Source: Octopus vulgaris (lineage: Eukaryota). From it: a DNA stretch of 64,000 nucleotides. Below are positions 1-13,300 of the stretch, in pieces. The DNA lies in the NCBI GenBank assembly GCA_951406725.2, contig OX597818.1:61132001-61196000 (forward strand), written 5' to 3'. Under the pieces are notes generated by a model. The model did no database searches, was not told the DNA's origin, and was given only the letters and a program-made list of their open reading frames with translations. The translations under genes and the position numbers were made by a program. Position 1 is the stretch's first letter. Each line of letters opens with the position of its first letter.

Positions 1-228
1 ACACTGGTGGAACTTGAAAAGAAAAAATAAAGAAAAGAAAGAAAAAATTGTAATTTGAGCCCAATAAGAGACAATTGTAATTATGGTTTTCCTTATTAAC
101 ATATTAGTTGTGAATATTTGAATTACCTTTCATTATAGGCATGAAAAAATTGTGGGAAAAATGCAATGGTTAGGAAATATTAAAAAGGAAAAAAAAAACA
201 GGTTGCTTTTGTAAGCAATCTTACTCAC

Positions 229-393
229 AGAAGACTTTTAGCCGTATTTGTGTCTGTAAAGGTCTGACAGTTGCATTATTTGTAGCTTTGCAAACATAGA
301 TGGCGCCATTATCTTCAGGCTTGATAATTACATTCAAGTCAGCAGAAGCAATGTTACCAATTATCTTGTAATCAGAATCTAAACGACGACCTC
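229..393 (-). CDS. NPHS1-like: Nephrin-like gene, exon encoding C-terminal half of Ig domain 5
   Basis: Hand translation (R)GRRLDSDYKIIGNIASADLNVIIKPEDNGAIYVCKATNNATVRPLQTQIRLKVF, which completes the Ig domain begun at 15121-14996. Polypyrimidine tract plus TAG at 395-394, GTGAG at 228; 165 bp, phase 1/1. Confidence 0.92.
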
Positions 394-1043
394 CTAAGAA
401 AAAAAGAAAAAGAAGACAAACATAAAATAAATTATCACACAGAGGAAAAGTAACAAATATAGTGAGTGTATTTATAAGGAGAATTCTAATTAAACATCAA
501 TATTTGAATTACATCACCTAAAAACACTGCTGAATGACTGAAATGATTCATAACAATCGAAAAACATTAATCATAAAGCACAATAAAACCAATACGAGGC
601 CATTCACGTTCATGCGTGATTCCAAAATTCATCGATGTCATACGGAAAGGAAATGCAGCTTGCTGGAACAGAGCTTTCTTTCTCGTTTAATGGAACCAGA
701 ACTTGCAAGACAAGTTAATCTATAGAAAAGTTACTTCTTTGGGATTAAAACTGAAGAAAATAGAAATATATTTATTTATGTATTCAAAGACAAAACACCT
801 TTCATTTCTTAATGCCAACTTAGAACTATCCTACAGATTATAATGCTGTGTCATTTTGGAATGTTGGTCTGATTAGCAACTCCGGTTTAGTAAGATCTTA
901 AAAAATAAAAGTATGTCAAATGATAATGGAAGAAAAGTATCGGTTTATATTGTTGTGTCTGGCGAGAGTCATTTTCTTTTTTGTGCCTTATCATTTAACA
1001 CACTCACCGGTAAAATTTCCACTTTTTTCTTATTTATATTGTC

Positions 1044-1080
1044 CTAAAATTTTCGTTGCGTCTTGCAACCTTTTCAATAG
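1044..1080 (-). ncRNA. Minimal type-I hammerhead-like motif (variant core) in a Penelope-type repeat fragment (~945-1090)
   Basis: Minus strand reads CTA-TTGAAAA-G-GTTGC(aagac)GCAAC-GAAA-AT-TT-TAG: stem I CTA/TAG, a 5-bp stem II and a palindromic stem III. The core deviates from CUGANGA. Confidence 0.4.
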
Positions 1081-1105
1081 TTTTGACTCATAGGTTTATA
1101 TGTTA

Positions 1106-1653
1106 CAAGCAAAATGCCCCCCGTCCAATGGACGGTGTTGTCAAACATTTAAACCAAATTTTCTCAAGACAACTTTATCAACCGTCCCATAGGCCTCCCC
1201 TTTGAGAATGCACGTTCCCAAGGCTTTATTGATCGTATTCTCACCTGGAATCGATTTTTGTAATTTTTTCAAGGCTTATACACGCCCTGATACCGTCGGT
1301 ATCTACACATCAAATTTGAGTGCAATCGGATGGAGGATGCCCGAGATCCTAGAAGCAAAACACACACACACACACAGACAGGCAGAACGGATTTTATATA
1401 TATTTCTTTATTGCCCATAAGGGGCTAAACATAGAGGGGACAAACAAGGACAGACAAAGGGATTAAGTTGATTATATAGACCCCACTGTGTAACTGGTAC
1501 TTAATTTATTGACCCCAAAAGGATGAAAGGCAAAGTCGACCTTGGCGGAATTTGAACTCAGAACGTAACGTCAGACGAAATACTGCTAAGCATTTTGCCC
1601 AGTGCGCTAACCTTTCTGTCAGATCGCCGCCTGAACAGATTTTATATAATAGA
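1106..1653 (-). mobile_element. Non-autonomous Helitron-like element interrupted by a SINE
   Basis: Minus strand starts A|TCTATTATATAAAATC, contains a CTGT/GT microsatellite, and ends with hairpin CCGTCC-att-GGACGG followed by ..GCTTG|T. Confidence 0.55.
1401..1632 (-). mobile_element. SINE family B copy (tRNA-like head; CTTTGCCTTTCATCCTTTCGGGGTCGAT core)
   Basis: Matches the copies at 40121, 43957 and 54582. Flanked by a 16-bp TSD, GAAC(G/A)GATTTTATATA, at 1385-1400 and 1633-1648. Confidence 0.85.
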
Positions 1654-2289
1654 TAAGTTCCTCAACTGACAAGACTTTTCAGTAACTGAATTTAAAATAT
1701 GAGAAAATAATAAAAATAAAAAATTATTTATGCCGGAAAACTGAGCCATGCTGTATACAAACTTGTGGAATCATTAGCATTTGTTGTGTTCCTTTGTCAA
1801 GTACTTTGTGAGATTCAGCATATTCATGAATGAGACATCCAATATCTGATATAAATCAAATATTTTGAAACCAATCTGTGTATATCTTCTATTAATCTTA
1901 AGTAGAAATTGCATTAAATATTCACGATGAGATTTTGTTATTAAAATTATAATTTTTTCAGTCCATTAATTTAATCTTTTTCATCTTTGCAGTTTCAATA
2001 AGTTTGATCTCAGATTGTCACTGGAAGTTTCATACGTGAATATGTTGAGTCTAACAAAGCCATTGACAAAGGAACACAACAAATGAAAAAAGAAAAAAAA
2101 AGAACTTTGGGGGAAATAGATATTCGACCCATGAAAACATGGAAAAGTGGATGTAAGGGTCATGATGATGAAGATGAAGATATGGGTTTGAATCATAATC
2201 AGGAACCCATAATTATGAACCAGGTCTATCACTGCTCTTATTAAGTACATCGCTGGGGATCAAACCATGTGCAATGTGAAATAAATAAG

Positions 2290-2752
2290 GATTTCAAATT
2301 TTTGCAACAAGGGCAGATTAAGGGAAGGGATTATGTTGATTACATCGACCCCAGGGCATAATTGGAACTTATTCGATTGAGCCTGAAAGGATGAAAGGCA
2401 AAAGTTGACCCCAGCAGAATTTGAACTCAGAACGTAGTGGCAGACAAAATACCGCTAAGCATTTTGCCTGGCATGCTAACAACTCTGCCAGTTTGACAGC
2501 TTAAATAGGGAATAAATAAATAATAATAATAATGGAACAAAGTTTGGCACAAAGCCAGCAATTTGAGGAAGGCGGAGGAGGCTAGTCGATTACACCAACC
2601 CCAGTACTCAACCGGTACTAATTTTATCAACCCTGAAAGGATGAAAGGCAAAGTCAACCTTGGCAGAATTTGAACCCAGAATGTAAAGAAGGACAAAATG
2701 CTGCCAAGCATTTAGCCCAGTGAGCTACCAATTCGGTCAGCTTGCCACCTTA
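2290..2752 (-). mobile_element. Two adjacent degenerate SINE family B copies
   Basis: Two GAAAGGATGAAAGGCAAAGTC..GAATTTGAAC blocks near 2385 and 2635. Confidence 0.75.
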
Positions 2753-3705
2753 GCATAGATTTAAATATTAAAACAATCTCTTCTCCAAAAACAAAGTTCA
2801 TAGTTTAAATTACTATTATCAGATATTAAATTGATGATAAAAAATGGGGGGAAAAAAACCCAACATCGATCATCTACTTTTTAATATGAATATAAGACAG
2901 CAATATTTTATAATAGTAAGTATAAATTGCATAAGATCTTAAATTTCATCCCCAAACTATCAGATATGTTAACAATGCCATTTCAACAAGAAAATTACTT
3001 TCCCCAATGTGATATGTTTGTGCATATGCACATATATATACATATTCTATAAACACACATACATTAATACATACATACATACACAAACACTATATAATAT
3101 GATATTTCAGAAGTTACAGCAAATATTTTCTTCTTGAATACCATAGTATCATTGAAAAGAGAGAGAAAAAAAGACATGTATTTGTATATGTGTGTATAGC
3201 TTTTCTCTAAGCAGGTAATTAATATCTAAGTTCTTTCTGCCTAAGAGAAACAGCTTTTAGAGTATTCTCATCTGCTTAGAATCTGCAAGATTATTCCTAG
3301 AGTAACCTGATAAAAACCAGATTTCACCTAAGAATAATAATTTTTGTTCTGCTGGTTGTCATAGAATTTAATCTTTCAGGAAAAACAAAGTAAAAGAAAC
3401 CTAGTATACCAAGGGGGATATTGATATCTTTATAGTCATCTAGTTACATAGATTTCCAGCAAGGCTGTTTTCAATGAAAAAAGATCTAGACAATACGTAT
3501 ATGTTTTCTAGTAATAAAACAAGAAAACGACATCATCAGTACCAGATAGTGGATGGTTTTTCCCTTCCACAGATATGAAAACATGCTGACGGGAGTCAAT
3601 TATAAATCCTATCCAATGAATTGAAGTGTGCTGATCTATCTCATAATTGTCGACTGGATGTATACAACTCTCTCTACTCTCTAGCTCTTTTATAAATATA
3701 CAAAA

Positions 3706-4150
3706 GGAGTGGCGGCTGTGTGGTAAGTAGGTGCAGGAGTGGCTGTGTGGTAAGTAACTTGCTTACTAACCAGTCATCTGACTGCAGCCATGCTGAAGCA
3801 CAGCCTTTAGTTGAACAAATTGACCCCAGGACTTATTCTTCGTAAGCCCAGTGCATATTCTATCAGTCACTTTTGCCAAACTGCTATGTTACAGGGCCAT
3901 AAATACACCAACATCGGTTATCCAGCAATGGCTGGTGGGAACAAATAGAGACACAAATAATACATGCGTATATATATAATATATATATACACACACGATA
4001 GGCTTCTTACAGTTTTCATCTACCAAATCCACTCACAAGGCTTTGGTCGGCCTGAGTTTATAGTAGAAGACACTTACCCAAGGTACCACACAGTGGGACT
4101 GAACCTAGAACCATGTGATTATGAAGCAAGCTTCTTACCACACAACCACT
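3706..4150 (-). mobile_element. SINE family A copy (minus strand) preceded by two plus-strand SINE-A head fragments
   Basis: 3706-3772 has two GGCTGTGTGGTAAGT heads; 3772-4150 is the reverse-complement SINE-A body. Confidence 0.75.
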
Positions 4151-4167
4151 AATGATAAAATCTTTAA

Positions 4168-4681
4168 ATTGAAGTATTCAAAATGTGGAGCATGAGGGTA
4201 AAAACAATACCAAAAATAATTGGAGCAATGGTCATGATAAAAATTCATAAGAACAAAAATGTAGAAACTATGCCTGGATCCTCAACACCACACACTGTCC
4301 AAAAAATAGTCCTCCTAGGATCAGCCCACATCCTACACAAGACACTAGCAATCCAATAATACAACCTAACAAAACAACTCACAAATACAAGACACACTCT
4401 GTACAGCAATTATCCAGTGAAATAAACTCCCACCAGCAAGCTAGAAAACCAAAGCATTACACACTCAACACAAAATATAAGCAGTAATGCAACAAAAGAC
4501 AGTACCATGCCTCAAGGATAAAAAAAAAAAACTCAATACAGTTCCGCAAAGAGTTTGGACATTCCCAACAGCAGAATAGAACACGCAATGCTGCACACAC
4601 CCCAACAACACTGAGGTGTAGCAGGCGATGCAGTAGAAATTTGCCTCAATCTACCAAATATTGAAGTTATATAACAATAAC

Positions 4682-4719
<38 letters not shown>

Positions 4720-4745
4720 TGATGATAATAATAATAATAATAATC
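4168..4745 (+). mobile_element. 3' end of a Dong/R4-like RLE non-LTR retrotransposon with (AAT)n tail
   Basis: 4168-4359 translates as IEVFKMWSMRVKTIPKIIGAM..PG..VQKIVLLGSAHILHKTL, resembling the R4/Dong C-terminus (EI.RMW..K..P.VIGALG..IQK..LLGTAHILR..L). A UTR-like stretch and (AAT)n at 4670-4745 follow. Confidence 0.7.
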
Positions 4746-4914
4746 CAATCTACCAAAGCACAGGGCTAAAATCTGAGGTGGTGAGTGTTAGCCAATCACC
4801 AGCAACAGCTGTACTGTATGTGACTGGTACCCATTTCATCAACCCCAAAAGGTTGACAGATGAAGTCGGCCTCAGAATGTAATAGTAATAATCAAGTAAT
4901 TAAGTTGATTACAA

Positions 4915-5600
4915 TAACGAGTGCACAAATGCACCCACAGTAGGCATTGCACTATGCTGCAACAATAAATCATGAGAATATACAAGATGCAGTAAGGGGG
5001 CACTGGGTACATATGTAGGGTAGGAGGAGGAGAGTGAGGGGAGTGGAGGACAGGGTGCTAATACAGAGTTGGAGACCACCCTGAATAAGTGTTAAGTAGG
5101 CACTTCAGGTTGTGATCATAATTAATCACCAGCTTGTTGCATTTATTGAGAAGGGAAGGGTTATCAGCCGTGATTATGATGACGGCCTATCGTTGGCAAA
5201 GTCTGCACTGACACCCAAGGGGGTTCTTGGCAGGGGAGGTCATGTTGATAATCAACCAGGTGGTCAAATTTAGATCCAACTATTCAATTGTCACTGTAGC
5301 CACTCCCTGTAAACCCTCTGGGCACAGGTGCAGACTTGACTTACTCAGAGCCATCACCATAATCACAACTGATAGCCCTTACCTTCTCAATAAGATGGTG
5401 ATTAATGGTAATCACATCCTAAAATGATCACTTAGCAGTTAACCAGGATAGTCTGCACCTTCGTATTAGCACCCATTCCTCCTCTCCCCTCACTCTACCT
5501 ACGTACCCGGTGTACCCTTACTTCATGCCATATGCACTAATGTGGTTTACTGTTGCAGCTTAATGCAAGGCCCACTGTGGACATATTAGCATGCAAGTTA
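4915..5600. repeat. Degenerate long fold-back (palindromic MITE-like element), arms about 330 bp
   Basis: TTATTGAGAAGGGAAGGGTTATCAGCCGTGATTATG (5143) pairs with its reverse complement at ~5358-5393. GGGTGCTAATAC (5053) pairs with GTATTAGCACCC (5463). CCACAGTAGGCATTGCA (4935) pairs with TGCAAGGCCCACTGTGG (5564). Confidence 0.75.
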
Positions 5601-5654
5601 CTGCACTTATCTTTAACACTACTGTTCTTGTGTACAAATTCCACTGAAGCTGAT

Positions 5655-5990
5655 TTTTGGATCCAGGTTCAGTCCCACTGTGTGGCAGCTTAGTTAAGTG
5701 TCTTCTACTATAACCTCAAGCTGCCCAAAGCTTTGTGAGTGGATTTGGTAAACAGAAACTGAAAGAAGCCTACTGTATACACACATGTGTGGTGTGTGTT
5801 TGCCCTCCATCACTGATTGGCAACCAGTTTTGATTTATTTACCTGTAACTTAGCAGTTCAGCAATAGAGACTGACAGAATATGTACCAGGCCTTAAAAAG
5901 TAAGTACTGGGGAAAAGTAGTTTGGCTAAATACTTCAAAGTGGTGCCCCAGCATGGCCATAGCCCAATGACTGAAACAAGTACATGATAA
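5655..5990 (+). mobile_element. Degenerate SINE family A copy
   Basis: GGTTCAGTCCCACTG..GTGAGTGGATTTGGTA..CCAGCATGGCC..GACTGAAACAAGTA. Confidence 0.7.
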
Positions 5991-7611
5991 ATGATTACAT
6001 AATGTGCAATGATGTCCCAAAAGGTAGACCTAAAAATAATGTCCCATACAGAATGGAAGGAGGAGAAGGTCACCATTAGAATGCCTTTGATCATAGATCT
6101 GCTGAATCCGGGATGACCAAGGGTTAAACAAAGAAAATTACTGATAATGACAAAAATTCCTCACTTAACAAACAATGCTAAAATATTCCATGTCCAATAC
6201 AATACAGAAACTAATAACAATTGAACAAAAAAAAAAGAAATGAAAATATTGTAAGTAGACAGCAGTAGAATAAATACCAACATCATGAATTGCATCATAA
6301 TGTAAAGGAAATGAAAGTAAAAGAAATAATCAAATAAGTCCACAAGCCTCGGCATCAATATGCTAATATAAGAGACCACAGGCAAGACAACAATATGATT
6401 ACTTGCATAATGTAATACAATTTCATAAAACAACAGTGTTTTTTAACTACAATTGCTTTCAATCTTTCAATATACATACACACCCAAGAAAACCACACTT
6501 CTGCTGTCCACCTATCTCTGCAAATTAAGAAATATACTCAGAACAAAATACTGGACATTCTTTTACGATATATTACATAAGTAATACAAACATCAATGAA
6601 TGTTCTTCACTAAAATTTTTTTCATTCTCCGATATATACACCAACCAACCAACTAACCATTTTGGCAATACTATTTATAAAATCACAATATTCATTCCAT
6701 ACAATCTAAAACTGATAGCTGCACATACCACCAGCCAAACTACTCACTTATAACTGTAGCATCAATATACTTAATAGCACATAAACAAATGACAACCACT
6801 AAATTTTGACTTTCTACCAATACTCATTGCAGTCATCACTCAAAACTAACACAAAGCCACACAGAACTATTGACACAAGTACTGCAAACAGAACTTGTAC
6901 CGACAAACAAATACTATTCTCACAAAACATATCCGAAATTCAGAGAGAAAATATATTCTAGAAGAAACCTATTTTAGATTGCACACAAAAAAACAAAAAA
7001 AGAAACAAATGGGGTGAAAAAAAAAGACAACTTTATTTTTTTTATGTTTATTCTCTGTGCTGATATAGTTCAATAAATTACCTCGGACCTACATATAACT
7101 AATTTAAACACTTAGTACAACCATTAAGGATACCATCAAAATAATATGCACACAGTTTGGTAAGCAATTAATAATCCAAACAATGAAACAAACTGTTTGA
7201 TACAAATAGAATGTTTGCTTTCCATATTAGAACAATTCGTGTAACCTCAAAATATCACAGCATTAAAAAAGAGCTATTTGCAAATAAATTCAAAAAGAAA
7301 TATAAGTCGTATAAACAAAAGGAAAAAAACATAAATTGTAGAAGACAACAAAGAAATATAGAAATCACAAAAATGAACTCATTATTGTAAGAGACCAAAT
7401 ACACAAGAACAAATAGCTTAAATGGCTCAAACCATATTAACTGAAGACATCTAAAAACCCTGAAACCGAAGCCATCTTGTATCACACAATACATTCATAT
7501 GAGAAACCTCACACTACATCCATGGAAATTTACCAATAAAGATACAAAAACAAGTGTACAGAACTCTGGCACCGATTGCAAAAACTCTCCGAAACATATT
7601 TTCATCAATAT

Positions 7612-9030
7612 CATTGTTTAACGTCTGCTTTCCGTGCTGGCATGGGTTGGAGGGGTTGACTGGGAATCAGTGAGGTGGAGGGCTGCATCAAGCTCCAGTG
7701 TCATCATTGGCATGGCTTCTGTGACTGGTTGCCCTTTCCTAATGCCAACTACTTTACAAAGTGTAATGGATGCCATATTTTTTTTCCTTTTTTGAACCAC
7801 CAGCACGAATGAGGGTACCATGTGACTTGTAAGACACAAGAGAACAAGGAAAAGAGCAAATATTTGGGAGGGGAAGGTGGAGGTGGGTGGCTGTATGAAG
7901 GTGTTGAAAGGCTAAAGTATAACAGAGGGACAAGCACAGGTGTCTGGCTATAGAGGAGATAGTGAGAATTTACAAAAAAAAAAAGACAAAGACAGGTGTG
8001 TAAACAACAAACAGATGTATTAGTTTAACGCTTGGGAAGTGAGAAAGTCTTTTACGTTTTGAGCCTACACTCTTTGACAGAAAGGAACACAGAAATAAAC
8101 AGGGAGAGAAAATAGAAAAAGCTTTAGTGGCTAGCAATCTATCATGGTGAATGCCGAACAGAGGGGTCATACAGAAGAGCTAGGAAGAAGGGGAGACAAT
8201 AAAGTAGTGGTGATCCCAAAACGAAGGTGTGCGTGCATGTGTATGTGAGACAGGAGATACACATTTGAAGGAGATAAAAGGAAGGTAGTGATGAGGTGCT
8301 AGAGCAAACTATCAAGGTACAAGAAGGTGAACATGATTACAGTGACCCATACAGTGGGTAATGAAAGGAGTTGAGAGTAAACAGGTTGGAGTAGAGGTTA
8401 ATGTAGTAAGAGCTGAACAGGGGTGGGGGTGCTGAAGATGGGAAAAACCAGTATGTAGAAGGGTAATATGGGAGATATAGGAGTCTGTAGTTTGCACCTA
8501 GGTACACTATAAAGAATTACTGCTTACACCTTTTCTACATATCAAGCAGAGCCATTTACCTGAGATAAGCTGCTGTTTTCTTGCTTACTAGAACCCTGGT
8601 CTTTGCTAAGTTAACTTTAAGATACTTTGATTCCAGGTTTTGCTTCCACACCTGTAATTTCTTTTCTAATTTTCTTACAGATTCTGCTAAGAGAGCAAGA
8701 TAATCAATACACAGTGGTTCCCAGGGGAAGCTAGGTTTAAATTCCTGTTATAAACTGGAGAACAATGATGAATAGAAAGGGAGTGAGAACCAGGTCCTAT
8801 TGAATGCCTCCCTGTACACTAAATTTCTCACTATATTCATGGCTAATACTCATCATGCTGACAACCACCCTGTACATGGCTTGTACAACATTTACAAGCC
8901 ATTTATCGATCCAGAGCTTCCTCAAAGACCACCGTATAACAGAGTAAGGGACTCTGTCACACACAATTCTCACCCACAACATCTCAATACATTGTCTAGC
9001 AATCTGGAACACCTGAAAACGGTTTATATT
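7612..9030 (-). mobile_element. Decayed RTE-clade LINE (RT fragment, purine-rich 3' region and 3' tail), with a Penelope-type fragment inserted at ~7970-8260
   Basis: 9012-8590 translates, with stops, as ..RVPYSVIRWSLRKLWIDKWLVNVVQAMY..FSVQGGIQ..LTPFLFIIVL..PWEPLCIDYLALLAES..LEKKLQVWKQNLESKYLKVNLAKT, matching RTE RT motifs (YADDL degenerate). The 3' tail GTTTAACGTC..CCTTTCCTAATGCCAAC is at 7612-7760. Confidence 0.75.
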
Positions 9031-10759
9031 TAGTTTACCACAAAATGCGCCCCAGTTCCAATTGCATTTTAAGCAAGTTTGTCACCTTATAGATTTAACC
9101 CCCCCACCTTATAAGATTTCATAGATACAAACTCGTGTGTGTGTGTGTGGCTTAGACACCTTGTCTTGATATTGTATAATAGTTGTAAATGAGTGTCACT
9201 ATTCTGCAAAAACATGTCTGGTTATGCTTGAAAACAGGTGCAGTTTGGTGACAGGATGCAGAAAGTCTGCCTCGATAAAATTGCATCCAACCCATGCAAG
9301 CATGGAAAAGCAGACGTTTAAATGATGATGATGATCAAATAAACCTGATAACATGACAAAATAAATCTCAAATTAGATTTTATGACAGGTACTCTCAAGG
9401 GATCATCTTAAATGTAACATCTAAACACAAAGATATTCTCAGTTTTCTGAATTTTTCACACACGTATATAAATGTAGCAGAACGTACCAACAGCTTTAAA
9501 ATATATGTAAACTATTTTGACATCAGAACATTAAAAACATTGAATAAAATGCAAGAGCAATGTTCAGAACTGGTACACAACTGAAAGAAAAAAAATGCAC
9601 AAGAGTTTCCATTTTTAGGATGGATATATTTTTGGTATGAATATTCAAAAATTTCCAGGCAGCACCATTCATTCTATATAGAAAAATAACAGAGACTACA
9701 TCGAATTTTAAGTTGACAAATGATGACAGGAATATTTTACAACATAGCTGTGAGATAGTCTTGTCAGCATGTTATATATAGGATTTTATTCTCTCAAGAG
9801 TATGGGGGATAGTTCTGATTAACACCGAAAGCTAACATTAGACCTGACAACAAGGTTTCTGTGATTACTTCAAATGGTAAAGATAACAAAATTTCACAAT
9901 ATTTTTTTTTTCTGCAATTTTCATTTTTTTTTCTTAAATACTATGTGCTTTCAAAGAATGGTTTAATTAAAAGATTTAAATTTTTAAGTTACTGAAGTTA
10001 TGGAGTTTACAGATCAGAAACCAACATCAACAAAGAAAAAGTAAGCTCAGTAGAATTAAAAGCAATCATGCCACAAAAATAACATGAGATATTTAATTTA
10101 AGTTTTGGAACAAACAAGATGTTAATAAACCAACTGTAAACATAGCATGATTATATTTTTAAATACTTTATTAAACTTTTGTAATTTTAATCCCTTTCTC
10201 TGATAAACTATTTTCTCCTTCAACAATTTATTCTCATTTGAAGAGATAAATTTACATTAAACTAATGCAATATTAATTTAAAAGCAGAAAATTTAGATAG
10301 ATTTATTAACAAAGTTCAGCTATATGAAGGAATTTTCTTTTCATTTTGAAGATTTTCCTGAAATTAACAGTCAGAATTTTAATCATACACTGGAAGTACT
10401 TTGTGAACAACATTTATGCATTTAAAAGCTGTACATATGTGTGAACCAATGTGTGCAGGGGTAACTGAAGTAAAAAGTATTGATAGCGAATATTATCACT
10501 CTTTCATTTCCTTTTTGTTGCTATTAGCAAGTTTTATGCAGCCCTAATTCCTTGATTAATATTATAGAGAACTGGAATCATTCATATGGCTACCACATAT
10601 TTTTCACTCGAGACTAATTATGTATTCTGACTTCCTGCTCATATCTCTTCACTTCCTCAAACAAACAATGGATGATTTTAATTCCCAGTTGACTTCTTAG
10701 TGAATGAGGACTTAGCTGGTTCTTCTAATTCCCATTTCACATTCATTAATCATTTCATT

Positions 10760-13300
10760 TCTTAATAAAATCTTTCTTATATCAATGACCAGGATTTAGT
10801 CTTGCACTCTACGTTATGGATTGCTTTGATGTTGGCCAGGCAAAAGTTCTCAATGTCTCCAAGCCACAATTGATGGAGACTGTTGCTATTGCAGTTATGG
10901 CAGGTTCTAGATCACTATAAAGAAGATTTAGTACAACACTGACGGAACTGAGTCTTTTGAGATTAACTTTGGTGATACGGCTGTTACATTAATTCCCTAA
11001 GAACACCAAATGCATTGGTTATGTAATCAGGAGAGTTAATAGGTCCTACTTATAAAATAAAGTAGTAAGACTTCAAACATTGCATTCTCTCTCCTCCTGT
11101 CTGTCCATTTAGCCAAAGCAAGATAACAGATTAGTTGGCGCCAATATGAATATTCATCAGTGAAATATTTGGGTTACAAATTTAATGAATTACCAGATAT
11201 TACATAAGTATCAAATATTATAAGGAGAAAATGTAAAAAATATGTGCATCTTGAGCATTCTGTCTTCTCTCCATTGCAAAAAAATATTCAGTTTACACAT
11301 TAAAAAGTATTTACGATGGCCCTGAAGACATGAATGGTTTTAACATTGTGGCTTCTGTGCCGGTGGCATGTAAAAAGCACCCACTACACTCATGGAGTGG
11401 TTGGCATTAGGAAGGGCATCCAGCTGTAGAAACACTGCCAGATCAGATTGGAGCCTGGTGCAGCCTTCTGGCTTCCCAGATCCCCGGTTGAACCATCCAA
11501 CCCGTGCTAGCACGGAAAACGAACGTTAAATGATGATGATGATGATGATGATATGTGGGTTGAACGAAACTTCCACTGGGTTGTGTACATCTGTCCATGA
11601 TTAAATTGAATAAACTGGTGCATAACCGCATCGTCAAAAGTAAAGATCCAATGTTAAAGGTAACTGAGGATTTACACTCAAAGCTGAATGCTGGACAGGC
11701 ATCCTTTGACTGTCTCTACAAACATAGGGGGATATAAATTCAACATTACATCATCATCATCATCATCGTCATTTAACGTCCGCTTTCCATGCTAGCATGG
11801 GTCGGATGATTTGACTGAGGTCTGGCGAACCAGACTCCAATCTGATCTGGCAGAGTTTCTACAGCTGGATGCCCTTCCTAACACCAACCACTCCGAGAGT
11901 GTAGTGGGTGCTTTTACGTGTCACTAGCATGAGGGCCAGTTTGGTGGTATCGGCAATGGCCACACCCAAATGGTGCTTTTTATGTGCCACCTGCACAGGA
12001 GCCAGTCCAGCGGCACTGGTGATGACCCTCGCTCGAATGTTTCATGTGCCACCAGCACAAGCGCTAGTAAGGTGATGCAGTAACGATCACACAAGATAAA
12101 GACTATATTGAGCTCTCACTCACGAACAAGCTGTAACTACCCACCACATCAAGACAAGTATTTTAACCCCAGACACAGTAAAGTGTCAGTAACAAAATAT
12201 AATTTGTTAACCTTTGGTTAAAAGTCCTTTGTACAAACACTGCCAGCCACAACAATATACATCAACATCATAGTTTAAACTTTTCCTTAAGAAATAGGTC
12301 TTGTAATGAGCCAACTAACAAGTTATTTCCTCAGAGAAAATTAAGCACCCTCACATAATTTGGACATTAACTGTACTCTCAAACCGGCATGGGAATTTGA
12401 TTCTGTTTAGTCCATTAACAAAATTAAATTTAATTTGGAAAACATGGTGGTGAGGTGTATATAAAATGGAATGTAAGTTGCAAGGCAAAGCTTGCTAAAC
12501 GCTTCTGGTACAGACCAGTAATCTTTCAACCTAGAGAATCACAGTGCAAGCTGTGATGATAGGAATATAGATATCATAGTGTATCCAACAATATAGATTA
12601 GCAATATCATCCTTTGCTTATTTTATTGTAGCAAGGGTATACAAAGTGTTCTGCGACTGTCATTCAGACAATTCTGAAATTCCTGAAGGTAATACTTTTT
12701 TTCTTTGGCGCTTCATCAATGATCTGCTGAATGTAATTCTAAAACTATCAAATCTCATGACAATGGCATTAGCCAACTTCACAGTTGCTACTCATATATA
12801 CATTCCTCATTACAAACGACATATAACAGATTCTACACTAGGATTCTTAATAATTCACAACACATGAGCTAAATCTAATAAGCAGAGTTGCGACACCATT
12901 CCTCTGTTCAGGAACAGATAATAAGTAAACAAGTGAAATTAAAATATTTCAGGTGACATCTCAGCTGTTGACATCTTTAAAATAAAATTACGTAATGGAT
13001 GATTCTTTTATTAGAAGCTTAATAAATTAGCACCCTTGAGTAAGTTCAGATATATACCAATGACAATATAACATATTCAAATGCAGAGAATTAATTCAAT
13101 GCAAGAATAAATATTTTACTTCTTTGGTCTGAAACTGGATATTGTAATTGCAAGTGAAGATACAGATGCTAGGCAACTGAAAGCCTCATGATATCAACCG
13201 AGTTGGGCCTCATTTAGTTTCAGTGAAGTTAGAGCCATGGATACCCTCTCTCAGTTAAAATGGAGCAATAGAGAGAAAATCTTTCCCTAACACAATACAC
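10760..13300 (+). mobile_element. Highly decayed RLE-type non-LTR retrotransposon (R2/NeSL/Utopia group), interrupted by RTE-tail SINEs
   Basis: Motif remnants occur in the expected order: Q*PGFSLALYVMDCF (~10783), YKEDLV (~10916, YADD-like), NTKC (~11003), VKYLG..HSVFSPLQK (11160-11282), QG.KVF..SDNS..G..WRFI..LN (12633-12735), HI..YKRH (~12793-12822), GLKLDIVI (13126-13149, LKPDIV-like). There are many stops and frameshifts. Confidence 0.55.
11350..12090. mobile_element. Two oppositely oriented RTE-tail repeats (family C) with (GAT/CAT)n tails
   Basis: 11350-11552 ends GGAAGGGCATCCAGCTGTAGAAAC..ACGTTAAATGATGATG; 11749-12090 is the reverse-complement form. Confidence 0.8.

Noticed and set aside
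10380-10660. Cadherin-like peptide fragments (EPMCAGVTEVKSIDSE, TGIIHMATT)
   Set aside because: Needs several frameshifts and has no DxNDN/LDRE motifs; the adjacent sequence is better explained as an RLE LINE fossil.
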